Source: a virus (lineage: Duplodnaviria > Caudoviricetes). From it: 64,000 nucleotides of DNA. Shown piece by piece: positions 9,288 through 18,882 of this stretch. The notes beneath the pieces were generated by a model. The model searched no databases. It had not been told where the DNA came from and saw nothing but the letters and a program-made list of their open reading frames with translations. The position numbers and the translations under genes were made by a program. The stretch spans positions 107,467 through 171,466 of IMG/VR virus record IMGVR_UViG_3300029288_000081; one strand, written 5' to 3'. The first letter of the stretch is position 1; the number at the start of each line of letters is the position of its first letter.

Positions 9288-10559
9288 TCAGTTCTCCTTC
9301 TTCTTGTGAGCCATGAGCAGAGCCTTGAGGCTGTCGTACTGGTTCTGACGCACGAGCGCACTGCGCTCGACGTCCGCGTGCTCCTTCAACCACGCCTGCG
9401 CGGCTGGGCGCGTCCCGAGCTTTTCGAGCAGCAGCTCGCTCAGGTTCTTGGCCTGGATGTTCGTGATGGTCTCGGAGCTGCCGTCGCGGCTCGGGCCGTG
9501 AGGCCCTGAGACGCCAGCCGCCGGCACCTGTGCCGCCGCCTGGGGCCGCGAGACCGGCTTCTCGTCGAGCTTGCGGTTCTCCTCGTGCGCGTTGTTCGTC
9601 CCGCTCAGGTCCCAGCCGGGCTTGCCCTGCTCCGCGGCAGCCTTGACCAGTGCGATGTCCAGGGGGGTGATGTTCGGTACTTCGACCTCGAAGGTCTCGT
9701 GCGAGACCGAGTCCTGCGCCGTGCCCTCCCAGGCGTAGCCCAGGGAGCCCATCTGCCTGGCTGCCGTCTCGTTCCCTCTGCGGGCCTGCGCCCGAAGCTC
9801 GCGAGCCGCCTTGGAGGCCTGCTGTGCCTCCGGGAGCATCCCGGTCCCCCGCTTGACCGACTCCTCGGCCCACCAGCGCTGCGCGGTGACGATCTCGTCC
9901 AGCGTCGAGGCGGGCAGCGCTGCGGGCTTCTTGAGCGTCGGCGTCGCATCGACGTATCGCTCCGGAACCTCGTCGTAGGCCATGCCGACGATCTCTTCTG
10001 CCGAGACGTCGCCGAAGCCTGCCAGGCGCAGGACGGCGCGGTTGTACGCCCTGGTGTCCGCGGTCGCGATGACGCTGTGCAGATCGATGCGACCTCCGCG
10101 CTCGGTCTTGTCGCACCAGCCCACACCCTCTTCGGTGCGGCCCGAGCGCTTGTGCGTGGCCTCGTAGGTCACGAAGCTGTACGTGGCCATCGCATCGTCG
10201 GGAAGACCACGCGTCATCTTGCGCCGCGACTCGATGCCCAGCGCCGTCGCCAGCTTGGTGATGCCGCTCTTCTTCGGGCTCGCGCGGACCTCGACCCCGT
10301 AGGCCTTCGCCGCCTTCTCGGCGTCTGCGCGGCGAGAGTAGACGCTCTGCTTGGTCTTGCCGGCCTCCGTGTAGGAGATCGTGTAGATGTAGTCGCTCTC
10401 GTCGAGGATGGCCGCGTACAGCCGCTGCTTCTCGGCGAAGGCAGCTCGCAGCCGAGCCGGAGTCGCGATCGGTGTGATGAATCCGAGGTCCGACAGATCG
10501 GCCAGCGCGGCCGTATCGTCAGCAACGACCATGGACCCGTCCCCTGTGTTCTCGCTCAT
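9288..10559 (-). CDS. Putative single-strand annealing/recombination protein
   Basis: KKSGITKLA and ATADTRAYNRAVLRLAGFGDVSAEE motifs, adjacent to the SSB and exonuclease. Confidence 0.5.
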   Translation of the reverse strand: MSENTGDGSMVVADDTAALADLSDLGFITPIATPARLRAAFAEKQRLYAAILDESDYIYTISYTEAGKTKQSVYSRRADAEKAAKAYGVEVRASPKKSGITKLATALGIESRRKMTRGLPDDAMATYSFVTYEATHKRSGRTEEGVGWCDKTERGGRIDLHSVIATADTRAYNRAVLRLAGFGDVSAEEIVGMAYDEVPERYVDATPTLKKPAALPASTLDEIVTAQRWWAEESVKRGTGMLPEAQQASKAARELRAQARRGNETAARQMGSLGYAWEGTAQDSVSHETFEVEVPNITPLDIALVKAAAEQGKPGWDLSGTNNAHEENRKLDEKPVSRPQAAAQVPAAGVSGPHGPSRDGSSETITNIQAKNLSELLLEKLGTRPAAQAWLKEHADVERSALVRQNQYDSLKALLMAHKKKEN

Positions 10560-10774
10560 TCTGCCCCTTTCTTCTTCTCGCCGTTCACGTGGTAGCCGGC
10601 CTGGAACTTCACAAGGTCGGCACGCTTGACTCCGATGAAGTCGCCGACCTTGCTCGACTTCAACATCTCGCTCTTGATCCACAGCCAGACCGTTGATCGG
10701 TGGACGCCCATCTCCTTGGCGACCTCGCCAGTGCTCAACAGGCCCGACGCCTGAAACTTCTTGCTCAGGGTCAT
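10556..10774 (-). CDS. Excisionase/MerR-like HTH DNA-binding protein
   Basis: LLSTGEVAKEMGVHRSTVWLWIKSEMLKS. Confidence 0.8.
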   Translation of the reverse strand: MTLSKKFQASGLLSTGEVAKEMGVHRSTVWLWIKSEMLKSSKVGDFIGVKRADLVKFQAGYHVNGEKKKGAE

Positions 10775-10807
10775 GCTTTCCTTGTTTTTCTGGGCGCCCA
10801 GCGACAC

Positions 10808-10847
10808 CTTGTATGTCGCGCGCGGAGGGTCGTCAACTACTTTCGAC
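10808..10847 (-). promoter_or_regulatory. Sigma70-like promoter with upstream GTCGAAAG box
   Basis: Minus strand reads GTCGAAAG-tag-TTGACG-N17-TACAAG. Confidence 0.55.
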
Positions 10848-11088
10848 GCACGTCTTTCAGCTTCTTGACGGGCGCCGGTCCGACCCTCTTCGCTCGAAGA
10901 TGGGTCACCACCTCGATGGACACCGAGTAGATGTCCCCGGGCACATCGCGCTCTTTGCGGACCTCGACCTGGAACTGGTCGGCCATGTGTTCGATCTCAT
11001 CACCGAACACCTTCCTGATGGCTCCATCGACGTCGACCGCCTCGACCTTCAGGAACTCCCCCGCGCCGTCGTCCACGTAGTAGACCAT
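10837..11088 (-). CDS. Hypothetical protein
   Basis: 83-aa ORF directly downstream of a TTGACA element. Confidence 0.55.
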   Translation of the reverse strand: MVYYVDDGAGEFLKVEAVDVDGAIRKVFGDEIEHMADQFQVEVRKERDVPGDIYSVSIEVVTHLRAKRVGPAPVKKLKDVRRK

Positions 11089-11094
11089 GGGCGA

Positions 11095-11134
11095 CTCTTG
11101 TCCGAGACCGCCTCGGCTGTCAACAACTTTCGAC
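11095..11134 (-). promoter_or_regulatory. Sigma70-like promoter with upstream GTCGAAAG box
   Basis: Minus strand reads GTCGAAAG-ttg-TTGACA. The -10 element is weak. Confidence 0.5.
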
Positions 11135-11264
11135 TCACCGTCGGTTGGTGCCGGATGGTGCCGATCACTGCGAGACGAACGCGGTCAGGAGCGCAAGGAC
11201 GGTCACGGTCACAACCGACGCGAGAGCGACGAGCACGTAGAGACGCGTCTCGCGGTCAGGCTCA

Positions 11265-12158
11265 TCATCGAAGCGCACGGCGCCTGCGATTCTTGGCGAC
11301 GCCCATGCCGCGGCCGCTCTGGTGGAAGCCCATGAGGAGCGCCTTCTTGTCCGCGGAGGTCATCAGGTGTCCGAACGCGTCGTAGACAGCCTGCGCCGGG
11401 ATCTTGAGCGACTTGGCCTTCGTGAAGACGCCGTCCAGTGAGATGACGCGGTTCGTGGCGATGTTCCTGATGACCTTGGGCGTCTCCTCGATGACACCCC
11501 AGATGGCCTTGGACGGGTCGCGCGCGTCGAGCAGGACCAGGCTTCCCTTCTTGGTGCCGCGTGCCAGCCCCCGGGCGCCCACGTGGCCGATCTTGACGTG
11601 CTTGAGGCCGTAGGTGAGCTGTGCCGCATCACCGGCCTCGTCGCCCAGCTTGGACTTGCGAACCATGTGGCCGAACGCCAGGAGAACGTCGCGCGCGTCG
11701 ATCCCGAGCTTCTGAGCGATCTTCTGGAACTCGGCGACCGTCTTGAACACGTCGATGTTTGGGCCGGAGATGTGGATCTTGCCGGCGAGCTTGTCTTCGG
11801 GGCCCGCGTACTCCGCTGCCTCTGTGCTGCCGATCTTGAGGTAGCCCTTCTCGATGATGGGCGCGGCACCGCTGTTACGCTTCACCCCCGCGCGCCCGAA
11901 CGCCTGCTCGCCAGCCGACGCCGAGATGCCCTCCTCACGCAAGATACGCGGGAGCTGCGACAGGGAAGGGAACTCGGTCATCCCCGAGCCGCGCACCACG
12001 GCGATTCGCCCGCGGAAGACGGGGTTCGAGCCCCTGTAGGCGGTCGCCTTGAACCCGGGGCCCGAGATGGAACCAGGCCTGATGGTCACGCGACGGCCGG
12101 GGCTGGCAGCGGGGTTGCGGCTGGTGCGACGACGGCTGGTGCGACGACTTCTCGGCAT
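11265..12158 (-). CDS. Basic protein with three internal repeats and virion-type Arg tags
   Basis: MPRSRRTSRRRTSRNP...VKRNSG...VAKNRRRRALR. The repeats end ...GISASAGEQAFG, ...GIDARDVLLAFGHM and ...KIPAQAVYDAFGHLM. Confidence 0.7.
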   Translation of the reverse strand: MPRSRRTSRRRTSRNPAASPGRRVTIRPGSISGPGFKATAYRGSNPVFRGRIAVVRGSGMTEFPSLSQLPRILREEGISASAGEQAFGRAGVKRNSGAAPIIEKGYLKIGSTEAAEYAGPEDKLAGKIHISGPNIDVFKTVAEFQKIAQKLGIDARDVLLAFGHMVRKSKLGDEAGDAAQLTYGLKHVKIGHVGARGLARGTKKGSLVLLDARDPSKAIWGVIEETPKVIRNIATNRVISLDGVFTKAKSLKIPAQAVYDAFGHLMTSADKKALLMGFHQSGRGMGVAKNRRRRALR

Positions 12159-12358
12159 GGCGGGAGTGTAACAGGCGGCGGCTTGGCCGCACCAGGCGGC
12201 CGATGCCACGAAGGCCCCCAGATCGGCCACGCCGGGGAACGCGTGGTTCATGCCGGGCACCAAGGAGAAATGCGCCGGCCCGCCTATCGTCCTTTTCCAA
12301 GGGAATGAGTGGCCGCTGGCCGCTCTCGCGGATGGGAGGACGCCGCCCTGTTCTACCT

Positions 12359-12553
12359 CTACTTCTCGACCCGCACCTCGCCCTGCTTTCGGAGGCGACG
12401 CCACTGACCGCGCCTTCCATCGAAGATCCAGAAAGTTGTACCGATCTTCGCAACGTCTCCGTGGGTCGGACCCGCGACATCCGAGACCCGTTCGACCGTA
12501 CCACGGAAGACCATCATCCGAAGCGGAGCGCCGCTCGTGCGGTACGGGCTCAC
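12359..12553 (-). CDS. Hypothetical protein
   Basis: 64 aa, GTGA-coupled. Confidence 0.5.
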   Translation of the reverse strand: MSPYRTSGAPLRMMVFRGTVERVSDVAGPTHGDVAKIGTTFWIFDGRRGQWRRLRKQGEVRVEK

Positions 12554-12906
12554 TTGCGCCGCCTCTTCTTCGGCAGCGTGTCCTCGAACCGCTTGTGCTG
12601 CGGCCCGTCCGTCTGTACGTCTCGAAACCGTCCGTCACGGGCCAGCATCCGGAGGCCGAGGTTGTTGCCCTCGTTCAGCTGGTTGATGAGCCAGCCGACA
12701 CAGGGCTGCTCGGCGCCGACCGGCGAGTCGTGGCAGGCCATCATGCGCACGCCACCGGGAGCAAGCGTCATCGGATCGCCCGGGTTGGCGATGGTCGAGC
12801 TGAGCGCCTCGTGCTTCTTGACGCAGTAGCCGCCCGGGATGTCCTTCTCGGGACGCACGCCCTTGCGCCAGGGGCACGCCTTGCACTGCTTGGTGCGGAC
12901 GTTCAC
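12550..12906 (-). CDS. DUF6283-like Cys/His protein
   Basis: QCKACPWRK...MACHDS...CVGWL...NNLGLR. Confidence 0.7.
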   Translation of the reverse strand: MNVRTKQCKACPWRKGVRPEKDIPGGYCVKKHEALSSTIANPGDPMTLAPGGVRMMACHDSPVGAEQPCVGWLINQLNEGNNLGLRMLARDGRFRDVQTDGPQHKRFEDTLPKKRRRK

Positions 12907-13628
12907 TTGCGCCTCTTCGTCTTCGTTACGGGGGCCGCCTCTGGCTGGCGCACGGTCTCGGGGAGCGGTTCGCACTCCTCGTCGAGGCAGTCGGGGCAAC
13001 CGTGTTCGGTGATGTTGCGCGTGAACCTGCGATTGCAGGTCGGACAGTTCTGTCCGTTCTCGGTGCCGTTGAACTTCTCGTTGCAGTGCGGGCACTCGCG
13101 GACCTGCACGAGATCGTCCTCGTCGTACAGCTCGTCGCACCCGTCGCACAGGAAGAGGGTCTCGCCCAGCTTCAGCGCCTCGTCGATACGCGCGGTGCGT
13201 TCGTTGGCCTCCAGCACCTCACGCTGTGCCACGGCCTCTGCGCTCTTCTTGCGTTCCGCGGCGATCCTCTTGACCTCCTCGGGCGGCGGAGGGACCCACG
13301 CGGGCTTGCCTGGCAGATCTGGCAAGAAGCCTCCCGGACCGCGCTCGGGCTCCGACCAGAACTGGATGCCGGGGTGCGCCTTGACGAAGTCCGCAGGGCT
13401 GCCGCCGGCCCCGTAGGACCACCCCTGACCCTCATACAGCTCGCCGTGATGCGAGGAGTTGAAGATGACGTGCGCTGTGACGCTCATCTTCGGGGGCATC
13501 GAGTCGTCCCACGACTTGGCCCACTGCACGAGGATGAGACCGTAGGCGGGCTGGTGGGGGCGACCGTACTTGTCGGGCGCCCTCCACCAGTAGCGACCCT
13601 CGACAGGGGGAACGATGGACATCCACAT
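12903..13628 (-). CDS. Zinc-ribbon protein
   Basis: Four CxxC motifs at the C-terminus (CDGC, CPHC, CPTC, CPDC). Confidence 0.65.
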   Translation of the reverse strand: MWMSIVPPVEGRYWWRAPDKYGRPHQPAYGLILVQWAKSWDDSMPPKMSVTAHVIFNSSHHGELYEGQGWSYGAGGSPADFVKAHPGIQFWSEPERGPGGFLPDLPGKPAWVPPPPEEVKRIAAERKKSAEAVAQREVLEANERTARIDEALKLGETLFLCDGCDELYDEDDLVQVRECPHCNEKFNGTENGQNCPTCNRRFTRNITEHGCPDCLDEECEPLPETVRQPEAAPVTKTKRRK

Positions 13629-13633
13629 GGCGC

Positions 13634-14374
13634 CTACTCCTCCGTCGGCATCGCGTCCGGGAACAGCTCGCACAGCTCCACGAGGGCGCGATGCGTCTCC
13701 TGGCGCGCCGTCTCGGACGCTCGCTTGAAGATGGAGATGGCCTTGGGCGTCCGCTGTGTGTCCCACTCCAGCGGCCCAGTCATCCTGCTCGCCGCGTGGT
13801 AGGCGGTCGCCAGCTGGCCGTTGGCGATCGCCGCGGTGGATGCCGAGCACGCGCGGCTCAGCAGCTCGATGGCCAGCGCAGGCGACCGAGCATCGCTCCT
13901 GCCCTCCCACACGTTCTCGCGCATCATCATCGCGCGAGCAGCCTCCAGGGCAGCAGAGGCGTCCTCGCACCAGCGAACGCGCACCGGGAAGATCGCGTCT
14001 TCCTTGCGCTCCGCGTCGCCGAGGTACTCGCGAGCGTGCCACACGAGACAGAGAACGGACGACTGGCGATCCTGCGCATCGAACTCGGTGAGCCGCGCGA
14101 TGTTCCGGACCTTTGCGGTTGCGACGGGCTGAGCAGACCCGTCCACCAGGGACACCCTGTCACCGAGCTTCGCGCCGTCGTACCTGCGCCACACTCTGAT
14201 GTCGTCGGGGAGCGCTCCGTCCCGGTCTCGGTGCCCAGCCTTCGCAACATCGACTGAGGTGCCGTAGACCGTGTCCGCGCCGTAGAAGACGTCGATGACC
14301 CTGGCCGGCCCTGCCGGGCGCTTGGGGTCTTCGAGGCGCACGACCACGAGCCCGTCGTCCTGCGGGCGCGTCAC
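13634..14374 (-). CDS. Hypothetical protein
   Basis: 246-aa ORF in the operon. Confidence 0.65.
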   Translation of the reverse strand: MTRPQDDGLVVVRLEDPKRPAGPARVIDVFYGADTVYGTSVDVAKAGHRDRDGALPDDIRVWRRYDGAKLGDRVSLVDGSAQPVATAKVRNIARLTEFDAQDRQSSVLCLVWHAREYLGDAERKEDAIFPVRVRWCEDASAALEAARAMMMRENVWEGRSDARSPALAIELLSRACSASTAAIANGQLATAYHAASRMTGPLEWDTQRTPKAISIFKRASETARQETHRALVELCELFPDAMPTEE

Positions 14375-15081
14375 GACGCCACCTTCGCGACCTTGCCGAG
14401 CTTGCCGTTGATGAGCGCGAACTCGCAGATCTCGAACCCGTCATCGTCGGTCCCGTCGATGGCGTAGAGGAACCCCGGGTGCTCGCTCATGCCGACGACG
14501 AAGCGCCCGTCGATGACCGGCTTGGCCTTGCCGACCGACTCCAACCACCCCTTCTGGAGCGGCACGGTCCACTTGTCCGACGAGAAGAGCGCGACGTTCG
14601 TGCCCGCGGTGACGTTGCTGTCGGGCACGAAGCAGACCTCCTGCCCGAAGTCCGCGCGGCTCATGCCGTGCCGGTAGCGGCCGCACGAGACCATCGCGCG
14701 CCGAGCGACCTTGAGCATCTCGGCGTGCTCGGCGTCCCTCTTCTCGACGAGCCCGCAGAACACCTCGCGAACGAGGACGTTCGTGCTGTAGGACGCCCAC
14801 GCGTCCTTCCAGCCGCCCCACTCTCCGGTCACGTCGGCACGAGCTGCGACGAGCTTGGGCGCGCCGACCGAGATGAAGGCGATCAGTCCTGCGCACGACC
14901 GGCGCAGCATGTTGGGCGCACCGAGCGCCACCGCGGTACCGAGCCGCTTGCCGTCCTCGACGCCCGAGGGGCAATCGCATTCGATCGAGCCGTCCTCGAA
15001 GAGATGCACCTTGTGGTGCGCGTGGCCCTCGTTGTCGGTGCAGAGGATGCGGGTCTTGGCGATGATCTTCTTGCTCTTCAC
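14371..15081 (-). CDS. Hypothetical protein
   Basis: GTG start coupled to the upstream stop. Confidence 0.65.
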   Translation of the reverse strand: MKSKKIIAKTRILCTDNEGHAHHKVHLFEDGSIECDCPSGVEDGKRLGTAVALGAPNMLRRSCAGLIAFISVGAPKLVAARADVTGEWGGWKDAWASYSTNVLVREVFCGLVEKRDAEHAEMLKVARRAMVSCGRYRHGMSRADFGQEVCFVPDSNVTAGTNVALFSSDKWTVPLQKGWLESVGKAKPVIDGRFVVGMSEHPGFLYAIDGTDDDGFEICEFALINGKLGKVAKVAS

Positions 15082-15362
15082 GTTCGCTCCTTGTCGGCGG
15101 TTGTCGCCTCGGCGTTCTTCTGACGATGCTCTTCGACCATGCGTCGCAGCACGTCCAGGTCCATGGCGCGACCTGCGGTCAACGACTGCACGATGCCGTG
15201 CTTGTGTGCGTAGCCCACCAACTGCGTGCGGCCCTCGCGGCGCTCTGGCTTCAGCTTGTTCATGCTCCCGTAGGGGCAACAGGTGGCGCACACCTCTTTC
15301 CCCGTGTCGTCACGGCCGGACGCGTGGCGCACGCCACAGCACTCGCACAGCTTCTCGGTCAC
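15078..15362 (-). CDS. Small Cys-rich hypothetical protein
   Basis: MTEKLCECCG...CATCCP, translationally coupled. Confidence 0.55.
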   Translation of the reverse strand: MTEKLCECCGVRHASGRDDTGKEVCATCCPYGSMNKLKPERREGRTQLVGYAHKHGIVQSLTAGRAMDLDVLRRMVEEHRQKNAEATTADKERT

Positions 15363-15844
15363 AGCAGCCCCCTTCGCAGGCTCTTCTCGCCCGAGATGCG
15401 CTCGTAGGCGCGCTCGCGCTTGACGAGCTTGGCGTACGCCTCGATCTGCTCCACGAAGAGCACCGTCGACTGGATCGCCGTATCGCGCGTCGTGTCGTAC
15501 AGGCCGAGCCCCGACGGCACGGGCACGGACGCGACCCCGTCCACGATGATGCTGCGCAGCGCTTCGCACACCCTGACGGCCAGGAGGTACTCCGCGAAGT
15601 TCCACTGCCAGCGCGGCTTGATGCGGGCTCCCTGGACCGCACACGGTGTGAGAGCGGTGGCTGCGTCGAGCTGCACCAGGAGCACCGTCGCCGTCTTCGC
15701 GTGGACGGGGTTGAGCTTGAGCAGTTCGAGCACTGCGATGACGTCGGCGGTCGCCTTGGCGCCTGCTGCCCAGGTCGACGCCGACACCGGGTCGAACGGC
15801 ATGGGCTCGGAGGGCTTCTTACGGAGGAGGGGGGCGGGCATCAT
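15359..15844 (-). CDS. Hypothetical protein
   Basis: ATGA-coupled to the VWA gene. Confidence 0.6.
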   Translation of the reverse strand: MMPAPLLRKKPSEPMPFDPVSASTWAAGAKATADVIAVLELLKLNPVHAKTATVLLVQLDAATALTPCAVQGARIKPRWQWNFAEYLLAVRVCEALRSIIVDGVASVPVPSGLGLYDTTRDTAIQSTVLFVEQIEAYAKLVKRERAYERISGEKSLRRGLL

Positions 15845-18333
15845 GCACCTTCCGGGTTGACCACGATCACCCGCGCCCACTCGGGGCACGCAGCGATCGA
15901 GCGTTCGTTCGCTTCGATTGCGCAGATGATGACGCGCACGCCAGGGTCAGCGTCGGGCCATGGGGTCTCGCAGTCGGAGCCCAAGATGATCACGTCCGGT
16001 CGAGGGGTCATGTCGTCGAGCGCGGCCGCGATGCCCACACGCATGTCCGTGCCGCCTCGACCGCGCATCTCGATGGACCGACCGTTGTGGGCCCGCTGCA
16101 CCCCATGGACGGCCGCGTCGGTCGCGAGGAAGGTCAGGGCCGCACCGAGGGCCATGCAGACGTCCTCGACCACGCCACGGACGAGCGCGAGGGCACCTTC
16201 GCTCATGCTGGCAGACGTGTCGCCGATGAAGATGACGTTGGGGACGGGGCGACGCATCGAGGGGAAGACGACGTCGGGGGTCGCCTGCTGACGCCGGGAG
16301 GGGCGCTTGTAGTTGTGGGTAACCTTGCCCGAGACGTCGTTGATGGCCCACCGGCAGGCGCCCGCAAGCTCCTGGTCCCACGGGATGGTCTCGGGGCGCA
16401 GGATCTCTTCTGCCCAGGACACCCACGACCCCGGCACCGTGCCGCGGCTCTTCTGGGCCTCCTCACGGATGGCCGCGGCGACGCGCCGTTCGATGTCCTT
16501 CCAGTCCGCGTCTTCGACGCCTTCGCCGCCGCCGTTCGCCGGGGACGGGTCTTCCCACGGCTGCTGGACGCCGGTCGCGGCAGAGCCGCACTTGTGCTTG
16601 CGGTTGCGCACGGGGTCGTTGCCGCCACCACCGGGCTTCTTGCCCTTGCGCTGGCCCTGGCCCTCGCTCTGTGCCGAGCCACCGTTGCCGCCGTCCTCGT
16701 TGCCGTTGCCGCCGTCGCCGTCCTTGAGCTGCTCGGCCAGCTCCTCGGCCTTGTCCATCAGGAGCTGGTAGTAGACCTCCATGACGAGACCGTCCTCGAA
16801 GCCGAACGTGCTCGGGTACACCGCGCCGCTCGGCAACGCCTGGATGTCCCGGTGCGTCTTGACCTCCTCGGCGATGTCGTCGTTGATCTCACAGTTGTGG
16901 ACCTTGATGCCCTCAGCGATGAACGAGTGCTCCTTGTCACAGGACAGGTTGTAGACGGGCCCGGCGTAGTGGCCGCGAGCGACTTCTCTGATCGGAATCA
17001 GGATGCCCTCGTCGCATCGGCGCCACCGGCGATTCCACGACGCGACCACCTGACCGTTCAGCGTTCGCGGAGAGGTGCGTGGATCCCAGGTCCATCCGAC
17101 ATGGTAGAGCAAGCCTCCACCCTCGACGAAGTACCCATCGATCGTGCGATCCTTTTGGACGAGAGTCGCACCCCAAAAGCCGAGTCCGAGACGAGCGAGC
17201 AAGAGCCTGACGTGGCACGCCAGACCGCGACTGGAAGTGTGGACGGCGACGTGATTCGTTCCACCCTTGCCACCTCCGCCCGCTGTGCCGTCGCCGGCCC
17301 AGAGACCTTCCAGGTAAGCACGCACGAGCTTGAGGTCTGCGTGGCGCAAGATGAACTCGGGGCAGTGCTTGTTGTGCGACCCGTCGCCGCACCAGGTCTT
17401 CAAGGCGCGGGCGAGCACCGGGCCGCCGATGTTGACGCGGGTTCCGTTCTGGACCGTGGGGGTTGCCCTGTTGGTGTAGCTCGCGTCGCAGGCGCCTTCG
17501 TAGCCGAGTGAGCGCGCGATGGTAGCGGCGCGGTCGGCGAGTGCGCGCTCCTTGTCGGTCCCCCCGAGGGAAAGCTGCGCGTAGTCGGTCCCAGATCCTT
17601 CGGCCGTGTAGAGCCCGAGCAGCCATGCCGTCTGCTCGTTCAGTGGGAAGCCGCTCTTGAGGGGGCTCCGGTTCTCGTCGCTGCCGAACGCACTCACGCT
17701 GATGACCGTGTCGGTCACGTCGCCGCCGACGTCGGGGACGAGCATGAAGTCGCCGACACGGGCCTCGCTAGCCTTCGTCCATGCCGGATTCTTGAGCTTG
17801 ACGGGCGTGAGACCGACCTTGTGTCGCCGGGGATAGATCCAGATGGGATGCTCTGGCGTGCTCGTGATCTCGATACCGGCACCACGCAGCGTGACGGTCT
17901 CGCCATCCCACTCGCGCACGAGGTTGACACACGCCGAGTCGCCACCGTTGCCGCCGAGCGTATGGGAACGCGCCGCCTCGATCGGAAGACCGTCTGAAAG
18001 AATCGTTCCAACGGGAAAACAGTCGCCCGCGACATTCGCAACCTGCATCGTGGCCTCGGTCACCCCGAGCGCGTGGAAGCGGTCGTGGTGCTTGCGCAGC
18101 TTGTGGCCGATCTCGTGAAGGCAGACCGTCGCGATCTCGTCCACCGTGCAGGCGAGAACGAAGCGGGGGTTGTAGTAGAGGCGCCCCCACTTATCGACGC
18201 CCATCGTGGGCACGCCCTCGGACTGGATCGGGATCAGCGCGTAGAGCGCATGCGCGAAGTAGGGGCGCAGGAACGCTGCCTTGGCGCGAGCGGCGCGCAC
18301 ATGATCTTCCGCAGCCTGGTTCTTGATAGCCAT
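15841..18333 (-). CDS. DUF2201-type putative metallopeptidase with VWA-like domain (MoxR partner), intein-containing
   Basis: TMGVD..RLYYNPRF, HEIGH, NVAGD|CEIND, YKRPSRR, MIDAS-like DTSASMS, GRGGTDMR and SDCET. Confidence 0.88.
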   Translation of the reverse strand: MAIKNQAAEDHVRAARAKAAFLRPYFAHALYALIPIQSEGVPTMGVDKWGRLYYNPRFVLACTVDEIATVCLHEIGHKLRKHHDRFHALGVTEATMQVANVAGDCFPVGTILSDGLPIEAARSHTLGGNGGDSACVNLVREWDGETVTLRGAGIEITSTPEHPIWIYPRRHKVGLTPVKLKNPAWTKASEARVGDFMLVPDVGGDVTDTVISVSAFGSDENRSPLKSGFPLNEQTAWLLGLYTAEGSGTDYAQLSLGGTDKERALADRAATIARSLGYEGACDASYTNRATPTVQNGTRVNIGGPVLARALKTWCGDGSHNKHCPEFILRHADLKLVRAYLEGLWAGDGTAGGGGKGGTNHVAVHTSSRGLACHVRLLLARLGLGFWGATLVQKDRTIDGYFVEGGGLLYHVGWTWDPRTSPRTLNGQVVASWNRRWRRCDEGILIPIREVARGHYAGPVYNLSCDKEHSFIAEGIKVHNCEINDDIAEEVKTHRDIQALPSGAVYPSTFGFEDGLVMEVYYQLLMDKAEELAEQLKDGDGGNGNEDGGNGGSAQSEGQGQRKGKKPGGGGNDPVRNRKHKCGSAATGVQQPWEDPSPANGGGEGVEDADWKDIERRVAAAIREEAQKSRGTVPGSWVSWAEEILRPETIPWDQELAGACRWAINDVSGKVTHNYKRPSRRQQATPDVVFPSMRRPVPNVIFIGDTSASMSEGALALVRGVVEDVCMALGAALTFLATDAAVHGVQRAHNGRSIEMRGRGGTDMRVGIAAALDDMTPRPDVIILGSDCETPWPDADPGVRVIICAIEANERSIAACPEWARVIVVNPEGA
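16894..18021 (-). mobile_element. Intein (376 aa) with LAGLIDADG homing endonuclease
   Basis: Starts CFPVGTIL, has block B STPEHPIW, LLGLYTAEGS and YLEGLWAGDG, and ends VYNLSCDKEHSFIAEGIKVHN|C. Confidence 0.92.
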
Positions 18334-18358
18334 CGTCTCGTCTCCGAGCGCCCGTCTG

Positions 18359-18404
18359 GGCGCGTCTGTCGAAAGAACCGTAGCGACGGTTCGAGAGGTG
18401 TCAA
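18359..18404 (-). promoter_or_regulatory. Sigma70 promoter with conserved leader
   Basis: TTGACA-N16-TACGGT-tCTTTCGACAGACGCGCC. Confidence 0.75.
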
Positions 18405-18880
18405 GCCGCTGTTGGCTTCGGGTCGCGGAGTCGCGCGAGGATCTCCTCGCGCTTGCGCTGGCGGAGCTTGTCGAGCGGGTACCGAGCGCGAGAGAGCAGC
18501 GTCAGCCGGTCAGCTGGCACGAACTTGTTGAGACGCGCTCCGTTGCACGCCGCGCACGGCATGTCCCACCCCCGGCGGGAACCGTCGATCTTCGCGTGCT
18601 GGCACCGGAAGCAGCTGCCGAGAGGCTTGATCTCATCCGGCTCGATGCCGGCGAACGCGAACAGCACGTTCAGATCTTCGGGAGTCGTCTGCGCCATGCC
18701 CGTGGTGGCGAAGGACCACTTACCGGCTCCGTTGTAGGACATATAGCCGCCGAGGTGATGGCTACGCATCGCACGCAAGAGCTTCCGCAGCGCCGCGAGC
18801 CCCTTGGTCAGCTTCGCCCGGTCTTCACGGAGCGAAGCGACCTGGGTGCGGAGATCGACGATCTGTTCCTTGTCGGCCAT
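18401..18880 (-). CDS. Hypothetical protein
   Basis: MADKEQIVDLRTQ... with a coiled coil and CxxC motifs. Confidence 0.6.
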   Translation of the reverse strand: MADKEQIVDLRTQVASLREDRAKLTKGLAALRKLLRAMRSHHLGGYMSYNGAGKWSFATTGMAQTTPEDLNVLFAFAGIEPDEIKPLGSCFRCQHAKIDGSRRGWDMPCAACNGARLNKFVPADRLTLLSRARYPLDKLRQRKREEILARLRDPKPTAA

Positions 18881-18882
18881 CG

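Noticed and set aside
10556-10774. Evidence of an integration module
   Set aside because: Only an excisionase-like HTH is present. I see no integrase, att site or host genes in the window.
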